A DNA stretch of 63,601 nucleotides, the filler included, from Choristocarpus tenellus KU-1152 (taxonomy: Eukaryota > Protista > Phaeophyceae): the NCBI GenBank assembly GCA_964200185.2. It is 12 parts of 12 records of this genome, joined end to end, with 100 filler letters (N's around TTAATTAATTAA, not from the genome) between each part and the next. Parts side by side here need not be neighbours in the genome. Positions count along the whole stretch, not along the records: positions 1 to 7,063 come from CAXNAD020006762.1; positions 7,164 to 11,198 come from CAXNAD020016565.1; positions 11,299 to 14,317 come from CAXNAD020022895.1; 9 more parts are not named here. One strand, written 5' to 3'. Both the position numbers and the translations under genes were made by a program. Below are positions 1 to 12,269 of the stretch, one piece after another (positions within the stretch are counted from its first letter, which is position 1; each line of letters begins with the position of its first letter). Under the pieces are notes generated by a model that saw only the letters and a list, made by a program, of their open reading frames with translations, was not told where the DNA came from and searched no databases.

Positions 1-2673
1 GTTTATAAGCCAGCAGCTTTCTACAGGGGTATCTTGCTTCCTCTTGCTGCTGGGGGGGACTGCACCCTCAGGGAGGGCGCCATATTTGCTAGCGTCCTCG
101 CTCGGGTGTCTATCCCTGTGAACCACTCTGCTGTGGCACTCTTGAAGCTGGCTGAGCTGCCGTACAATGGGGCAACGTCTCTGTTTATCCGCGTGCTGCT
201 GAATAAGAAGTATGCATTGCCATACAAGGTGCGAAATGTATAGCGTCATAGGTGTGCTTGCATGTATGTGTGTGAGAGAGCGTGTTACATTGCACTTTTT
301 GAGCACCCTCCCCAAAATCCCTGGTCAAGTGCAGGATAGTGCTTGCTCGAAACTTTTTTTTGTTCATTGCTTTGCCAGAGAATCAAATCCTTCAGGTTTA
401 CAAACCTCAACTCTCTGTCATGTGTCATAGAAGTCTGATGTTTGCCGTCCAAGATGTGTTATTGCTGCGCTGGCTATCTTTCCACTCGCAACATTTCCAT
501 TGTGGTGGTTAAGGATTTTTTTATACAGCTGATTCAGGTAACGGCGGTTGGCCTCACCTCACCTTGTGTTTCTTCGTGTTCCTCTGCTCGATCGTGGCCA
601 AGTGCCCTTCTGTGCTTTGGTTTGAGAGGCCTGTGTTCAAGTGATTCAGCTGGTTGATGTGGGACATTCCTTGAACTTTGATATCTGCCTCTTTGCACGC
701 ATTTGTTTCAGTCCGCGATACGGAGTATACAGATACGCATGTAACCATGTTTGTGGCAAGCGGGTGAGCTTGGTGAGAGAGTCCAAACGTAGTTGTAGAA
801 AGCAGTTGTAGAGGATCGCTGTGTACATGCTCGGCTCACTTGACCCTCTTGTTTCACATAGCTGTTTAACTCAGCAGTCCTCTTTGTGTGGTCTTGATGT
901 GTCATGTATATATTGAGTATGGAGAACGTTATGATCCACCCTCCTTCAATCCCTCTTGCCCTATTTGCTGGAGTATAGTGGCATCCTTGCTTGCTTCCTC
1001 TGGTTGCTGAGGTCATACTTGTTGCATATTTATTGTGTGTGGCAAACTCCCATAGAACACAGTCATTCTAGTGTTGTTATGTGCAGAGATGCACTACCTA
1101 CTTGGTAATGGAAAATACATGTTTTGGGCAAGACAGAGTCTCTAATAAGAGGGCACTTTCAAGTAAAAGCACATGTGAACCTTGAAAAAAGAAAGGCATC
1201 GGTGCCCTTATTGACTATGTGCTGATCAATGATTAATTACTACTGACGAAGTACAGCCCTGGTGGGTATTGCTCTCTTTATTCAGGTCAGGATTACAAGC
1301 GTTTGTCCTCCTGCAGCAAGAGATTTCTCCATTGTATCAACCATCAGTATATTGTTCAATTGAAGCAGTGATATGTTACACTGTCTGATCGGTTTTACAT
1401 TAATAAAAAACATTTTTTTGTGATTGAAAGTTTTCTCTTCACCATGTCTCCATACATCTTTGAAGAAGTGTGTATTTTTGTTGTTTAAATTGATCCAATC
1501 CCGTGTACTGATGCTTTTCAGCATTTGCCATTTTGCTCATTCTGCTGCGACCTCGTAAAAATACCCTCAGTGTCGCCTATGTTGAATGAAAGTATGTTAA
1601 GACTCTTACAGAGTAGGTTCCACTCTCTCTACTGCTGTTTATCACTTGAGTTTCTAACAAGTTTGTTTACATTTTATTTTTGTTTGGTGCGTGCCGGTGC
1701 TAGTATAATTTTTTCACATGAAATCCTCTGAAACATTCCTATCCTAAATATCGACAGTCGATGCTCTGTTAGTTCTCGTGATGTTGGTAATTGCTTAACT
1801 TGTGTCAATGGAAACACACAAGGTGCTCTTTGCTTCTGTCCTCTGTTGCCCCCTATCTGTGCTTCCTTGTCATTAGTGACCTTCAACAAAAATGTTTTTT
1901 ATTTAATTATTTCCAATCCATGAGTTCTGTGCAAGAAATGACCTCATGGCGCTCAACAGGTGAATTGTTTGTTCCTGCATTTTTTTTGTTTCTCCAAGAT
2001 AGGAATAGTCTGGAGTCAGTGAGGAATGTCATCTTTAAAGCATATCCTCATTGCCCCTTCATTTTTGCTAACTAGTTGCCATGCTACAAGGTTCCCCATC
2101 ACTTTTTTTATGTTGCTGTGTATATTGTTTTGTTAAGGTTGACGAGGTGAAGAGCTAAGACTCCATTTCTTCTACAGTAAAACCTAGCTGATTTTTATCA
2201 ACAGTACTATGGAATGATTTAATGTATTCAAAAGTATTTTGAGGAAAAGAGGATACTCTTTCTCAACTAAGTATGTGTTTTGTTAACAAGCGCATGCTGT
2301 TTGCTCTATTTTTTTTAATGTACAATATCCAACTCACTAGAGTTCCCAACCCCCACCCGTCTGTTCCTAGGTGATTGATGGTCTAGTCAACCACTTTATG
2401 GCGTTTGTGAAAGAGACACGGGTCCTCCCAGTCCTCTGGCACCAGAGCCTCCTTGTATTTGCTCAGCGTTACAGGGGAGACATCCGACGGTCTGACAAGG
2501 AACGACTCAAGGAACTGCTGAGAGAGCAACAGCACCATCAGATCACGCCTGAGGTTCGACGGCAGCTGTTCATGGGAGGTTGCAGGGGAGATCCAAAGAC
2601 CAAGGCGGACGGAGGAATATCTGGGGTTTCTGAGGGCTTGAGAAGGGGTGGAAATGTTCCAATAGCTACATGA
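1..2673 (+). CDS. BYSL: Bystin / ENP1 (40S ribosome biogenesis factor), last two exons, 5'-truncated
   Basis: Exon 1-228 (VYKPAAFYRGILLPL...CTLREGAI...NHSAVALLKLAE..Y.GATSLFIRVLLNKKYALPYK), GT at 229, AG at 2369-2370. Exon 2371-2673 (VIDGLVNHF...LPVLWHQSLLVFAQRY...HHQITPEVRRQL). These are hallmark bystin C-terminal motifs and join in phase 0. Confidence 0.95.
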
Positions 2674-2944
2674 TAGATGATGACAGGGCTTGAATGTGTG
2701 ATGTCGATCCAGGATTCACCCAAGAATAATCTCCCCCCTTTGGCAATTGGTACTTCCACTTGTTTGTACATTGTGGTGTGTTGAGAAGCAGTTGACTGAT
2801 GGTAGGAAGAGCCTCTGGAAGGATAGGGAGATAAATCTGGTGAAAGATGTGCATGTGTGTGTGTGTTTGTGTGAACTGTTGCTCCCATATAGACTCTTGC
2901 CTTTGTGTGTACCATTCTTTATAACACAATCTGTCTTGTTTTGC

Positions 2945-3078
2945 TCTAGAGGCTGCTCTACACTTGTAGTCCTCGTGCCTAACTACTCTTTGGTTAGTGA
3001 TCCATTGCCTTCTAGAGGCTGCTCTACAGTTGTAGTCCTCGTGCCTAACTACTCTTTGGTTAGTGATCCATTGCCTTC
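2945..3078. repeat. 66-bp tandem duplication (2 copies, 1 mismatch)
   Basis: TCTAGAGGCTGCTCTACA...GATCCATTGCCT starts at 2945 and again at 3011. Confidence 0.95.
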
Positions 3079-4296
3079 CATTTGTTGCAATAGTGTTCCA
3101 ACTTCTACTCATGAGTAATTGGTGCATTTTACTATTACGAGATAAGGAGGTATGAAATGCTGCCCTCTTCCTCACGTCCCCCCTTGACTGATTTTGCCCT
3201 TGAATAAATATGACTACACGTAGAGGTACCTTCCGTAGATGGCAGACCACGTCTTACACATGTTTTGGTTGTAAGTTGAGATTGACTACTACTCTTTCCG
3301 GTGCGTGTGTCAATGTGCTTACCGAACTTCCTGAAAAGAGTGGAGGTGTGTACACCCTGCCCTGAGCTCACAAGTGTTGTGTGTGTGTTTAGCTCATCTT
3401 TCGCATTCCAAAGTGACATGTTACGTGTGGTATGGTTGCTGTGGCCGGGTGAGAGTGAGGATGGTGGGATCGAAAGGGATGCCCAGGTTAACCATTTCCT
3501 TTTGGTCTATGTTCTGCAGTGAAGGATAATCGTGTATGTATGTTTATTATCGCAGTCCTTGATGCAGCATTGGGGCATCTGCGTATGATAGCCCTTGCTA
3601 TTCCATCCGTGTGTCCTCTCGTGTTTCTGAAAAATACTTTAGGGTCTTCATGTTCATATTTTGAGGGGTTGAATTTATTCTGTTTTGAAGGGAAGCCTTT
3701 GTGGATGAAATATACTCTCTCTGTTCCAAAAGTCTGTGGCGATATGAATTTTCACTTTTTGCTTTGGACATTTCTTTTCAAATTCGAAGACTTTCCTGGT
3801 GATATATGGCTCAAATTGAAGCTCTGGATATAATTGTTTGGCGAGGATTTTTGATTTTCACATTTTGTTCCGAAACAGTTCTGAATCTGTTCTGAGAAGT
3901 GAGACTGAAAAAACGGTTCTTTTTGACCCCATTTCCAGTGGCTGCGCTGTGCACGATGCCAGGTACAATACCCCCTCATCGTCACACAACATCTCAGCAA
4001 ATTGCGAAGAGCCATACGACTCTCACTTACCCTCTGGACCAACTGTGACATGAGTGCTGTATCCTGTATGGCCACTCTGGTGAGTCTGTATTTTTTTGGG
4101 AATGATCAGTCCAGGGTAAAAATGTGAGCTGAGTGAGGAAGATCAAAATGCACTGGCTGTATGCTACACTTCAGTGCTACCTCCCGGAAAGAAATTGATT
4201 CTGAACGGGTGTTGGACCAGAGTTGGCAGAGCAACGTGAAGTTTGTGGACAATAATCGAGACAACTGTGGGGGCGCATGTGAGAGCAATTAGATAG

Positions 4297-4830
4297 TTGC
4301 AACATGCTTACGCTGAGATCAGCATCATGAAGCAGACACAGAGAAATTTGGCCTGCTGTGAGAGGGGGTTGCAGTACGACTTTGATGTGACCATCAACAC
4401 TGAGTTGTACTGGGAGTGGTATGTGGAGTCTTTTCTTTCCTCATCGAAGGAAATCATGCTGTGGTTGGAGGGTGATGAGATGGTTGCGCAGCAGGATGGA
4501 GAGACCCACCATACTGGAAAAGGCTCACTGTGGAAGTTCAATGAAGCCAGGAGGGAGGGGGGGTTAAACATCTAGCTCGTAATGTAGCCTGTGCAGTCAC
4601 CTGATCTCAATATCAACGATTTAGGGTTCTTTGAATCCTTAGAAAGTACAGTTTAGAGGGAGAGTGATGTTACGATAGATAACCTTGTGAAGGGGCTGAA
4701 GATCAATTATGCCTTGTGCGATGCAGTTACTTTAAGAGCCTCTTTAAGTGGTACAAACAAGTTTTGAAGGTGCTAGGGGATAAAGATTTCGAGGTACAGC
4801 ACACCGGAACTAAGAAAGGTAGTGTCAGGG
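4297..4830 (+). mobile_element. Decayed Tc1/mariner (DD39D-like) transposase remnant
   Basis: QQDGETHHTG...PVQSPDLNINDLGFF motif with two in-frame TAG stops. After a frameshift it reads SLFKWYKQVLKVLGDKDFEVQHTG, homologous to 14564-14823. Confidence 0.8.
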
Positions 4831-5849
4831 AAGTGTGCCAAAATCGGTCAGAATCGAAGAAGTGGCGTTTGATGCAGTGGTGGAATGGAGGATTGATGGG
4901 TACGAGGAAAAAGCGCCGAAGAACGATTTCGCGTAAAAAAAGTCTTTTCATTGGGGGTCATCTCGAGAAGTTACACCCTTGATGTAGCAGACTTCTGGGA
5001 CAGAGGGAGTATACATATGACAAATCTCCCCAGTAGTGCAACATTATATAGTGAAGGGATCCTGGAAGACTGTACAATCCCGAAGAACAAGGTAGCAAGG
5101 TGATAGTCTCCTCTGATCTCCTGCACTGATGTAGCTCATGATTATTTTATTCATCTCTCTATTGTGATTTCTGTTATGTAAAGATGCACCCTCCAAAGTA
5201 TTGTCATGCAACATTAGGTCTTGTAACAATGTCTTCTCTTCCTATCTTGGATAAGGAAGAGGCCAGCTGATCTAGTTTAATGCCTGTTCTTTAAGTAGTA
5301 TGCCTGAGTCAGATTTTTCGTTCTATGGCGTTGAGTAGTAGGCTTGCACCTAACGTCCACCCCCCGTCATGGTAATGTTTAACGCCTTTTCTTTGCTATG
5401 TCGCGCGTCCGTATTACAGGAATACTTGAGGTTTTTTTAAAGGTGTATGCTATGTATCTCTCTGTAGTATTGATACATTATTGTTAGAACAATACTTGCT
5501 GTTATTTTTTCTCCAATGATCAAGGAAGAAATGTCTTGATCTCCTCAAACCCATGTTCAAAGGTTGTAAACCAGAGAAAGCAATAAATTGAAGAAACAGA
5601 CAATAGTCGGTTATGGAACCAAACCCACATACCCATACTACCCACATTAAGGGGGAACAGTCCTCCCAGTAAAGGGAAAGGGTTTATAAGAGGGTCCCCT
5701 TTATTACGATCGGCTGTGTTCAGCTGAAAGTGGTAGGATACTGTCGCACACTGCCAGGGGACACAGCATACGTAGAAGTGGGTGTGTTCAAATTTGCAAT
5801 AGGTTTTACCATAGTTGATTTGGATGGGGTTTACATTAACTCGCTAGAG

Positions 5850-6030
5850 TTACGGCATGGAAGAAGCTCCAAATTTCTGCATCAGGTCAAGCTTTCCCCC
5901 CATATTTTGGGCGTTCCTGGTACGCAAGCAGACTCGGAACGTATGTTCTCAACACCTGGGAATATTGCAACTGCCAAATGCGACAGACTGGACTCAGAAT
6001 ATGTGTACCTGTTTTGCCTCTTTACAACAT
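5850..6030 (+). mobile_element. hAT transposase C-terminal dimerisation domain remnant
   Basis: ILGVPGTQADSERMFSTPGNIATAKCDRLDSEYV matches the hAT L.IPATSA.SER.FS.AG....R.RL motif. Confidence 0.75.
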
Positions 6031-7037
6031 GTAGATTTAAGGTGGATGCACGAGAGACTGCAAAAAACAGCCGATCATCAAAATTGAGGATGGAGCTTTT
6101 TATCGAGGATGAGCGAGATGCTGATTGGTGTGCGGAAAGTGCACATGTATATTTTTTTAATGTTGCGGCACTTTTGTAAGGCCCCGCTACGAATGGGAAT
6201 CCATTCTGACGAAGGTGGTAGTAGGACAGTGTGTGGGGGGCGGCAACGATTTCGTTTGATCGTCGTGTACATGTATGCCCTGTGTTGGCTTGCTTGCTTG
6301 AATTGAAAGAGTGTTCATTGTCAAACTCTCTCTTCAACACCGGTATTCTATGGTTTCCGTCCAGTGTGTGTCCTTTAACGGCAAGCGCGGTGTCGGCGGT
6401 AAGCTGGTCCCCGTTGCCTAAGCAGTCTCGTTGGATGACGATGGACGGAGCAAACTGCTCGAGCCAGCCTTTTCACGGATAGACTTGCTGACGCGCGTAT
6501 GGCCACGCTCGCTCAGGGGCCGCACCATCTCCGTGCACGTGATGTTGCCGAGTTTCATCTTCTACATGCCGAGGTAGTGCTGTTCTAGGAGCGAGGACAT
6601 GCCCTTGGTATTGCTGTCCGACGATCTCGATCCGTGGGCAGCGCCATTGGCGCACGGGGGGGTCGTTGTTGAGCGAATGTTGGACATGGCGAAGGTTGAG
6701 AAGGTGTGACGGAGGTAGATAAGAAAGAGCTGCTGGTGGTATGTGCGGAAGGGAAGGAATGGAAATGAGGAGTGAGGGCTGGGAGGTGCTGCTTTATTTC
6801 ATCTGGTCCATTGATACCCTAGGAACTCAGATTTCTCTTTCCGTTGATAATTGTGTTCCAAGAAATATGAAAATCGAACAGTATACGATTTCATATTTAA
6901 AACAAATAGAGAGTATCATTTTCTTGTGACCTTTTCGTTTCGGACCATTTCAAACGTATTAGATCAATTAAGTATGTGTTTATATATTTTAATTTATTGA
7001 AATTAAGAATAGAATCTAATTATTTATTTCATCACAA

Positions 7038-7063
7038 GGGTCAAAGTATCTTGGGGGGGGGGG
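7038..7063. mobile_element. MITE terminus (CAAAGTATC + G-run, family B/D type), cut by contig end
   Basis: GGGTCAAAGTATCTTGGGGGGGGGGG immediately before the linker. Confidence 0.7.
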
Positions 7064-7163
7064 NNNNNNNNNNNNNNNNNNNNNNNNNNNNNNNNNNNNN
7101 NNNNNNNTTAATTAATTAANNNNNNNNNNNNNNNNNNNNNNNNNNNNNNNNNNNNNNNNNNNN
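7064..7163. other. Artificial contig-joining linker
   Basis: N44-TTAATTAATTAA-N44 (stops in all six frames). Identical linkers at 11199-11298, 14318-14417, 16990-17089, 28176-28275, 31142-31241, 34580-34679, 39354-39453, 42089-42188, 45686-45785 and 50486-50585. Confidence 0.99.
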
Positions 7164-7260
7164 CCTGTGTGCCGGGGGTAGAGGATATCTCAAACGCATC
7201 CTTTGCTACACCAAGCGTAGGGCTCACCAACACGCCCCTTCTTGCCTTGGCCCACTACAG

Positions 7261-8439
7261 GATGGGGTCGTGAAAGATCAGTCTCGCTGGTCGTGCACTA
7301 AAGCCCTTGCGGACCCCCAAAAGTGCATTTTGACACTTACCTTTGGCGAACCCCAGAACCTTAGTCGCATTGGCATTGGTGAGCCTCCCGCATTACTCTT
7401 ACGTCAATCTCGAAAGAATCAGTATCCCTTTGGTGGCGAGGCAAATTGCTTTGTACGTTCAATCCCTGTGTCCCTTGTATGCTGCGTATATACCACTAGC
7501 GTCGTGTTTTGCAATATTTGGCAAGATATATCTTACAAGCAAGACAGGCAGGGATTGGCCGCCCAACCCAGCGCACTGTGCACCGTCCTATGTGCACTCC
7601 TCACCACCCAATACCGCGTTTAAACACTCTTGGCAGCGTTTTTCAAAGGGGATGAGAGGACTCGCGAATTGAAGATCAAGGCGAGGAGTACAGTCCTTGG
7701 GTTCGTCACGTCTAGCGGGAACACCAACGATGTTGAGGTGAGGCAGCCCGACATTGAGTTCTTCTATTGCTTCGAAAGACTCTCACCCACACCACCCCAA
7801 GCATATTAGTATGTAGACGATATTATGATGAAATTTGAAGCTCTTATAGTGTAAAACCAGTTCAAGTATCTCCCTGTTGTGCGACAAGAAATGCATTGCG
7901 AGGCAGTCATTGAGTGACTCATCGCATCGCGAAACCTTCCTATGTGTCGGGTAACAAGACCAATGCTCATACCCTGGGTGCATCTTGTTCCCTTTCCCAC
8001 TCCTCTGCCACACACAGTTTTTCGATATCGAGGCGGAAAACGTAGACAGATTGAGCTTTACATCGGTCGGCCTAGGAAGAAATGAGTGGATCAGCATTAC
8101 GGAGGTGAGTGAATTCATATTGGTTGGAAGGAGGGAAGATGAATATGTGGTAAATACGCGAAGTGTTGAAAGAAGAGTGGAATTCACGTCGACTTGTTGA
8201 TTAAGGCACGATCGTACCTATCTGAAGGGGCAACGGTAGTAAATAATCCTCTATTGTTATTGCTGTATAAGATTATGGTCGAGTGTTTATTGAATTATCG
8301 TAGTGTTCCTCCTACTATACTGATCCTTCATGCTTCACCTCTGGTCCACCTACACTCTCAGCCAACATACTCATGTCACGTCTAAAAGCACAAAGTCTAC
8401 TTCTCTCCCGCACCCCAGGTCGAGGTCATGGTGGTGTAA
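7261..8439 (+). CDS. C-terminal CBM32 / F5-8 type C (discoidin, galactose-binding-like) domain protein, 5'-truncated
   Basis: Exons 7261-7378, 7637-7737, 8018-8104 and 8419-8439, all GT-AG with compatible phases. They splice to DGVVKDQSRWSC...IGIAFFKGDERTRELKI...TSSGNTNDVEFFDI...NEWISITEVEVMVV*, matching the SRWS / IAFYKGD.R / SSG.T / W.SITEV pattern of CBM32. Confidence 0.85.
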
Positions 8440-10340
8440 GGAGATGTACGGCTGGCACTCCGTAGAGCGGATCGGTCTGCCTTTTTGCAGGCCTGCAGAC
8501 TCTTATATAGATTGCAGGCGGAGAAAAATGTGTCGAATGTTTTTCGTACTTTTTGAAATATTGAAGGTTATCAGCTTATTTAAGATTTCATTTTGAGAGA
8601 GGTAACTTCGAACGATCAGTAGCAGAACTTTCTTTTTCATCTTCCACAGTATCGGTATTGCCTCGTAGTCCGACGTAGAGAGTCCATTTTGGCTTTCTTA
8701 TATTTTTTTTTGTTGGAAGCAAGGGATGTGTATGTTGTTGGATTGTTTTTGATATGCGTTGTATGAATATATTGTAAGCCAAGGCCTTCCTTCCTTGCCT
8801 CAAGAAGTAGTACTTTTCGAGGGATAATTGCGCACGTGTTTCACGTGGGTATGTGGCTGCCAGGCACTCTCGGAAAAATTACTGTACCGAAATATGAATT
8901 CACCATCTTTTTGCTTAAATGGTCGTGGGTCTCCTACTCCTTTGATGTGAATGCCCCTTGGTGGTACTATATATATATATTTTTTATTTTTTTTGACCTT
9001 TTATTTTGCGAATGGAACAGCATGTTGAGGGCACGAGGGGCATTGCCATGCCCATATTATGTTGCCTATCCTGTTCGGATTATGGTCAAGAAGTACTTAG
9101 ATGCAGTACCTATCCTAGTCGTCGAATGCAGGTAACATAAGGAGTTTTTGAATTCAAATAATAGGATCACCTTCTCCTATTTGACCTCACATCGCCATCC
9201 TTTATCCTCGTACATTGAACTCTCCGTATATGTGCACGTTCCTTGACAAGAACATTGAAATCACAACCTTAGCAATTTTTTCGAAGTTGGGATTGGATTT
9301 CAGGTTAGGTTTCCTGTTATGCCAAACAGAAAGGTTTACCAAAACCAGATTCTACGATCGGCACCATGAAAAACATACGCGTAACACTCTGACACGGTAA
9401 AGCACTGGATGCGAAAACACTTGGAATGCAATGTAATGCATTTTACTTTTCAAACCAAAGCATGTACATCACTTCTGTAACCTCATTCTAAGGCATAGAG
9501 AACAATTTCAACTTTTGAGTAGTGCCATAATACACAATGATGGGGTGTCAATATGTTGTTGTGAGAAAACGTAGTGCTAGGATTAAACACCCTCCAAAGT
9601 GCTGTAACAGCACCCTGTTATGTTGCGTTGTAACGTAATACTACTAGTTTTTAACACAACTACTGGTAGTTCCGCTATCCATGCAGTGGATGTGATATGC
9701 TATCGACTTACAGAGGTTAGTATTGTCTTACAACGAGCAAAGCCATCCACTAGCTTTCTTCGTTGTCTCACACTGCTTGGTGCACATTCAATCTCCACAT
9801 TTATTATAGGTAATGGTCAATCTGACTATCGAAGGAGGGGAAGCAATCAGTCGAGGAAAACGTTGAGTGTTACCAACTTTTCGATCTTAGTATACCCCAC
9901 AAGTCATAAAGCGCACTTTCACTATTGCAACATAATAACCACGTAGTAAGAACAAGAATAAAAATGTTAGCAGTACTAACAATAGGAGGAGAGAAAATAA
10001 TAAACATCGAATAACCCCAATACTAAAGTAAACATGATTTCTTTTTGCACCAGCACCACAATTGAACCACGTCCTCCCATCCATTAATCCACTGGTTGAA
10101 GCAGGCCAACCCACCTGCACCCTCAGAGGTATTTATGTTGCTCTTGCAAGCCAGTCTCTTATATTATCAGCGTTCGCCTCGAGTGTTGTATCATAAATGT
10201 TTGCATCTTTGGAAGGGGTGCCAATGTAATCCTTGCACAGTCTAAAGATTCTCTGGGTCTGTAAGGCGACCAGGCACTGCCTGTCTGAGCTACTCCCTCA
10301 CGAGGATCAGCACTTCTGTTGGATTGAATTATATTTCCCC

Positions 10341-10530
10341 CTACAAAAGTTGGGTCTGTTGAAACACTAGTATTACTAGTGTTTCAACAGGGTCCATTGA
10401 GGCCCTCTTGCGATACGCCACTTGCCCAGTCATGTCAAAGTCGTGTTTTAGCACAGCATCAGATGCAGAGCCCCCAGCCAAGCACAGTCTACACAACGAA
10501 CGGAAGCTGGGGAAATCTCTTCCGTTCCTG
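10341..10530 (-). mobile_element. hAT transposase dimerisation domain remnant
   Basis: DFPSFRSLCRLCLAGGSASDAVLKHDFDMTGQVAYRKRASMDP resembles FP.L..LAR..LA.PASSA..ER.FS.AG.....KR.SL.P. Confidence 0.6.
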
Positions 10531-10767
10531 ACGTCTCTAAAATGCCGCAATACCCGTCCAAGAGGTGTCCCCCGTAAAGCAACTATGCAGTACATTTAAA
10601 AGTCCAGTTCAAAATTATAAATCTCATCAGGTTGTGCTGAACCAATGCTCGACTTTCTTAAAAGAAACTTGAAAGTCTTGAATGCACCAACCTACGGCTT
10701 ACTATATCTAACCCTCAACCTTCAAGTATTCAAGATGCTGACTTAATCTATGACCAAATCAAGTCAT

Positions 10768-11198
10768 GGGACAAAGTATCTTAGGGGGGGGTGTCGGTGT
10801 CCGCTTTTCACTCTCTTTCGAGTTTCCCTTTTTGGTGCGATTTCGTCGCACGTGTCGGATTTGACATGTCAGCAAAAAAAGACTGTTGGTTAGGTTCACT
10901 TCTGTCCTTGCGTAGTAGGTATAACGGGGATGTATGATGCCACCATTCGATGATCGGGTTTTGATTGGGGGAGGTGTTTGTACGTTTGCATGTGTCAGAT
11001 GTCGAGTCTGTTCGAATAGGTATATTGGTTTTTGTGTGTTGGTTGCGCAGTTATATGATGAAGAAGAAGAGGTGTACTTGGGAGGCTGTTTCGTTTTTTT
11101 TTTGTGTACGACTGGGATTTGGTTTGCACCCAAAGAGGGTTGCCAGTTAGGGTGTGTTTTGCCGTTGTTTACGAGGAATACAAAAAAATGATTTTAGA
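10768..11198. mobile_element. MITE family D, one end, cut by contig end
   Basis: GGGACAAAGTATCTTAGGGGGGGG-TGTCGGT-GTCCGC has the same terminal core and subterminal GTCC motif as families A and B, with an unrelated interior. Confidence 0.55.
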
Positions 11199-11298
11199 NN
11201 NNNNNNNNNNNNNNNNNNNNNNNNNNNNNNNNNNNNNNNNNNTTAATTAATTAANNNNNNNNNNNNNNNNNNNNNNNNNNNNNNNNNNNNNNNNNNNN

Positions 11299-11472
11299 GG
11301 GGGGGGGGGGGGGTGGCGGCTGTCCATTTGGGGTCAATTTTTCCATGTTGCGATTTTTGGGTGATTTGGTTGCATACATCAGATGGATAATGGAAATGCA
11401 CTTTTTCCTGATTTTGGCTCATATGGACACCCTGGTGTAGATCCCCCCCCCCCTTCCCAGATACTTTGGGTC
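11299..11472. mobile_element. MITE family B (about 180 bp, G-run TIRs), one end cut by contig start
   Basis: Reverse-complement homolog of 20051-20231; ends CCCAGATACTTTGGGTC. Confidence 0.85.
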
Positions 11473-11989
11473 AGTAAAGCATTCCATTCTCTTCTCGATG
11501 CTGTCGTTTAAACTGTTTGTATTTGTATATTACCTCGAGCACAATGATACCAAAACCACAGTAAGCTCCTGCAAGAAAGAATATGTATCGGTACTGCACT
11601 CCATTGAATCAACCTCCTGATATATGTATTCGACAACGTCAAAATTCGAAACATGGCTGTTTTTGGTGAGGATGCGGAGAGAGAGAGAGACTCAAGCATG
11701 ATGTTCTTTTTGGAATGCTTTGAGTGTTCTGCTCTCATCATTCGGTTTCAGATTGTAGAAACTCGATTCGGACCTCGTATTGTTGAGGACAGTGCCAAGG
11801 CAAAGATATTTGTCGTAAAGATGAAGTGCAAAATCGCAGTGTTGAGGATTCACTTGTTACCCCTCCAATATAGCTATGCAAGTGAAGTCAGAGTACAGGG
11901 AACTATCGCATTATTTTTCCTTGGCAATGAAACTGTAATCTTTCTGACCCTTTCTAGGAGTCTGTGTGTCCCTCTCTGCAAAAATAATA

Positions 11990-12238
11990 GAGCCAACGTA
12001 TCTTAGAGGGTAGATCCTCGTCCATTTGGGAGCCAAAATTCAATGTTGATGTTTTGGTGTAGTTTTGGCTATCGTATTTGTTAGGAAGTGTCAAGGTAAC
12101 CTTTTCAGAATGTATACATTTTACCTACTCCAAAGCATTTCGGATTAGGTAAAATGTCATTAAAAACCAGTGGGAAGCCAAGCACCAAATGGACAAACAG
12201 GGCAAAACTTGTACCCTAACCCTAAGATACTTTCACTC
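11990..12238. mobile_element. MITE family A (about 255-260 bp)
   Basis: GAGCCAACGTATCTTAGAGGGTA ... TAAGATACTTTCACTC; interior aligns to the other A copies. Confidence 0.9.
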
Positions 12239-12269
12239 ATACCCGCACCATCAATCCAGAGTATGACCA

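Noticed and set aside
6300-6700. GC-rich segment as a separate gene
   Set aside because: Stops in the plausible frames, no consistent splice chain and no recognisable family; probably TE debris.
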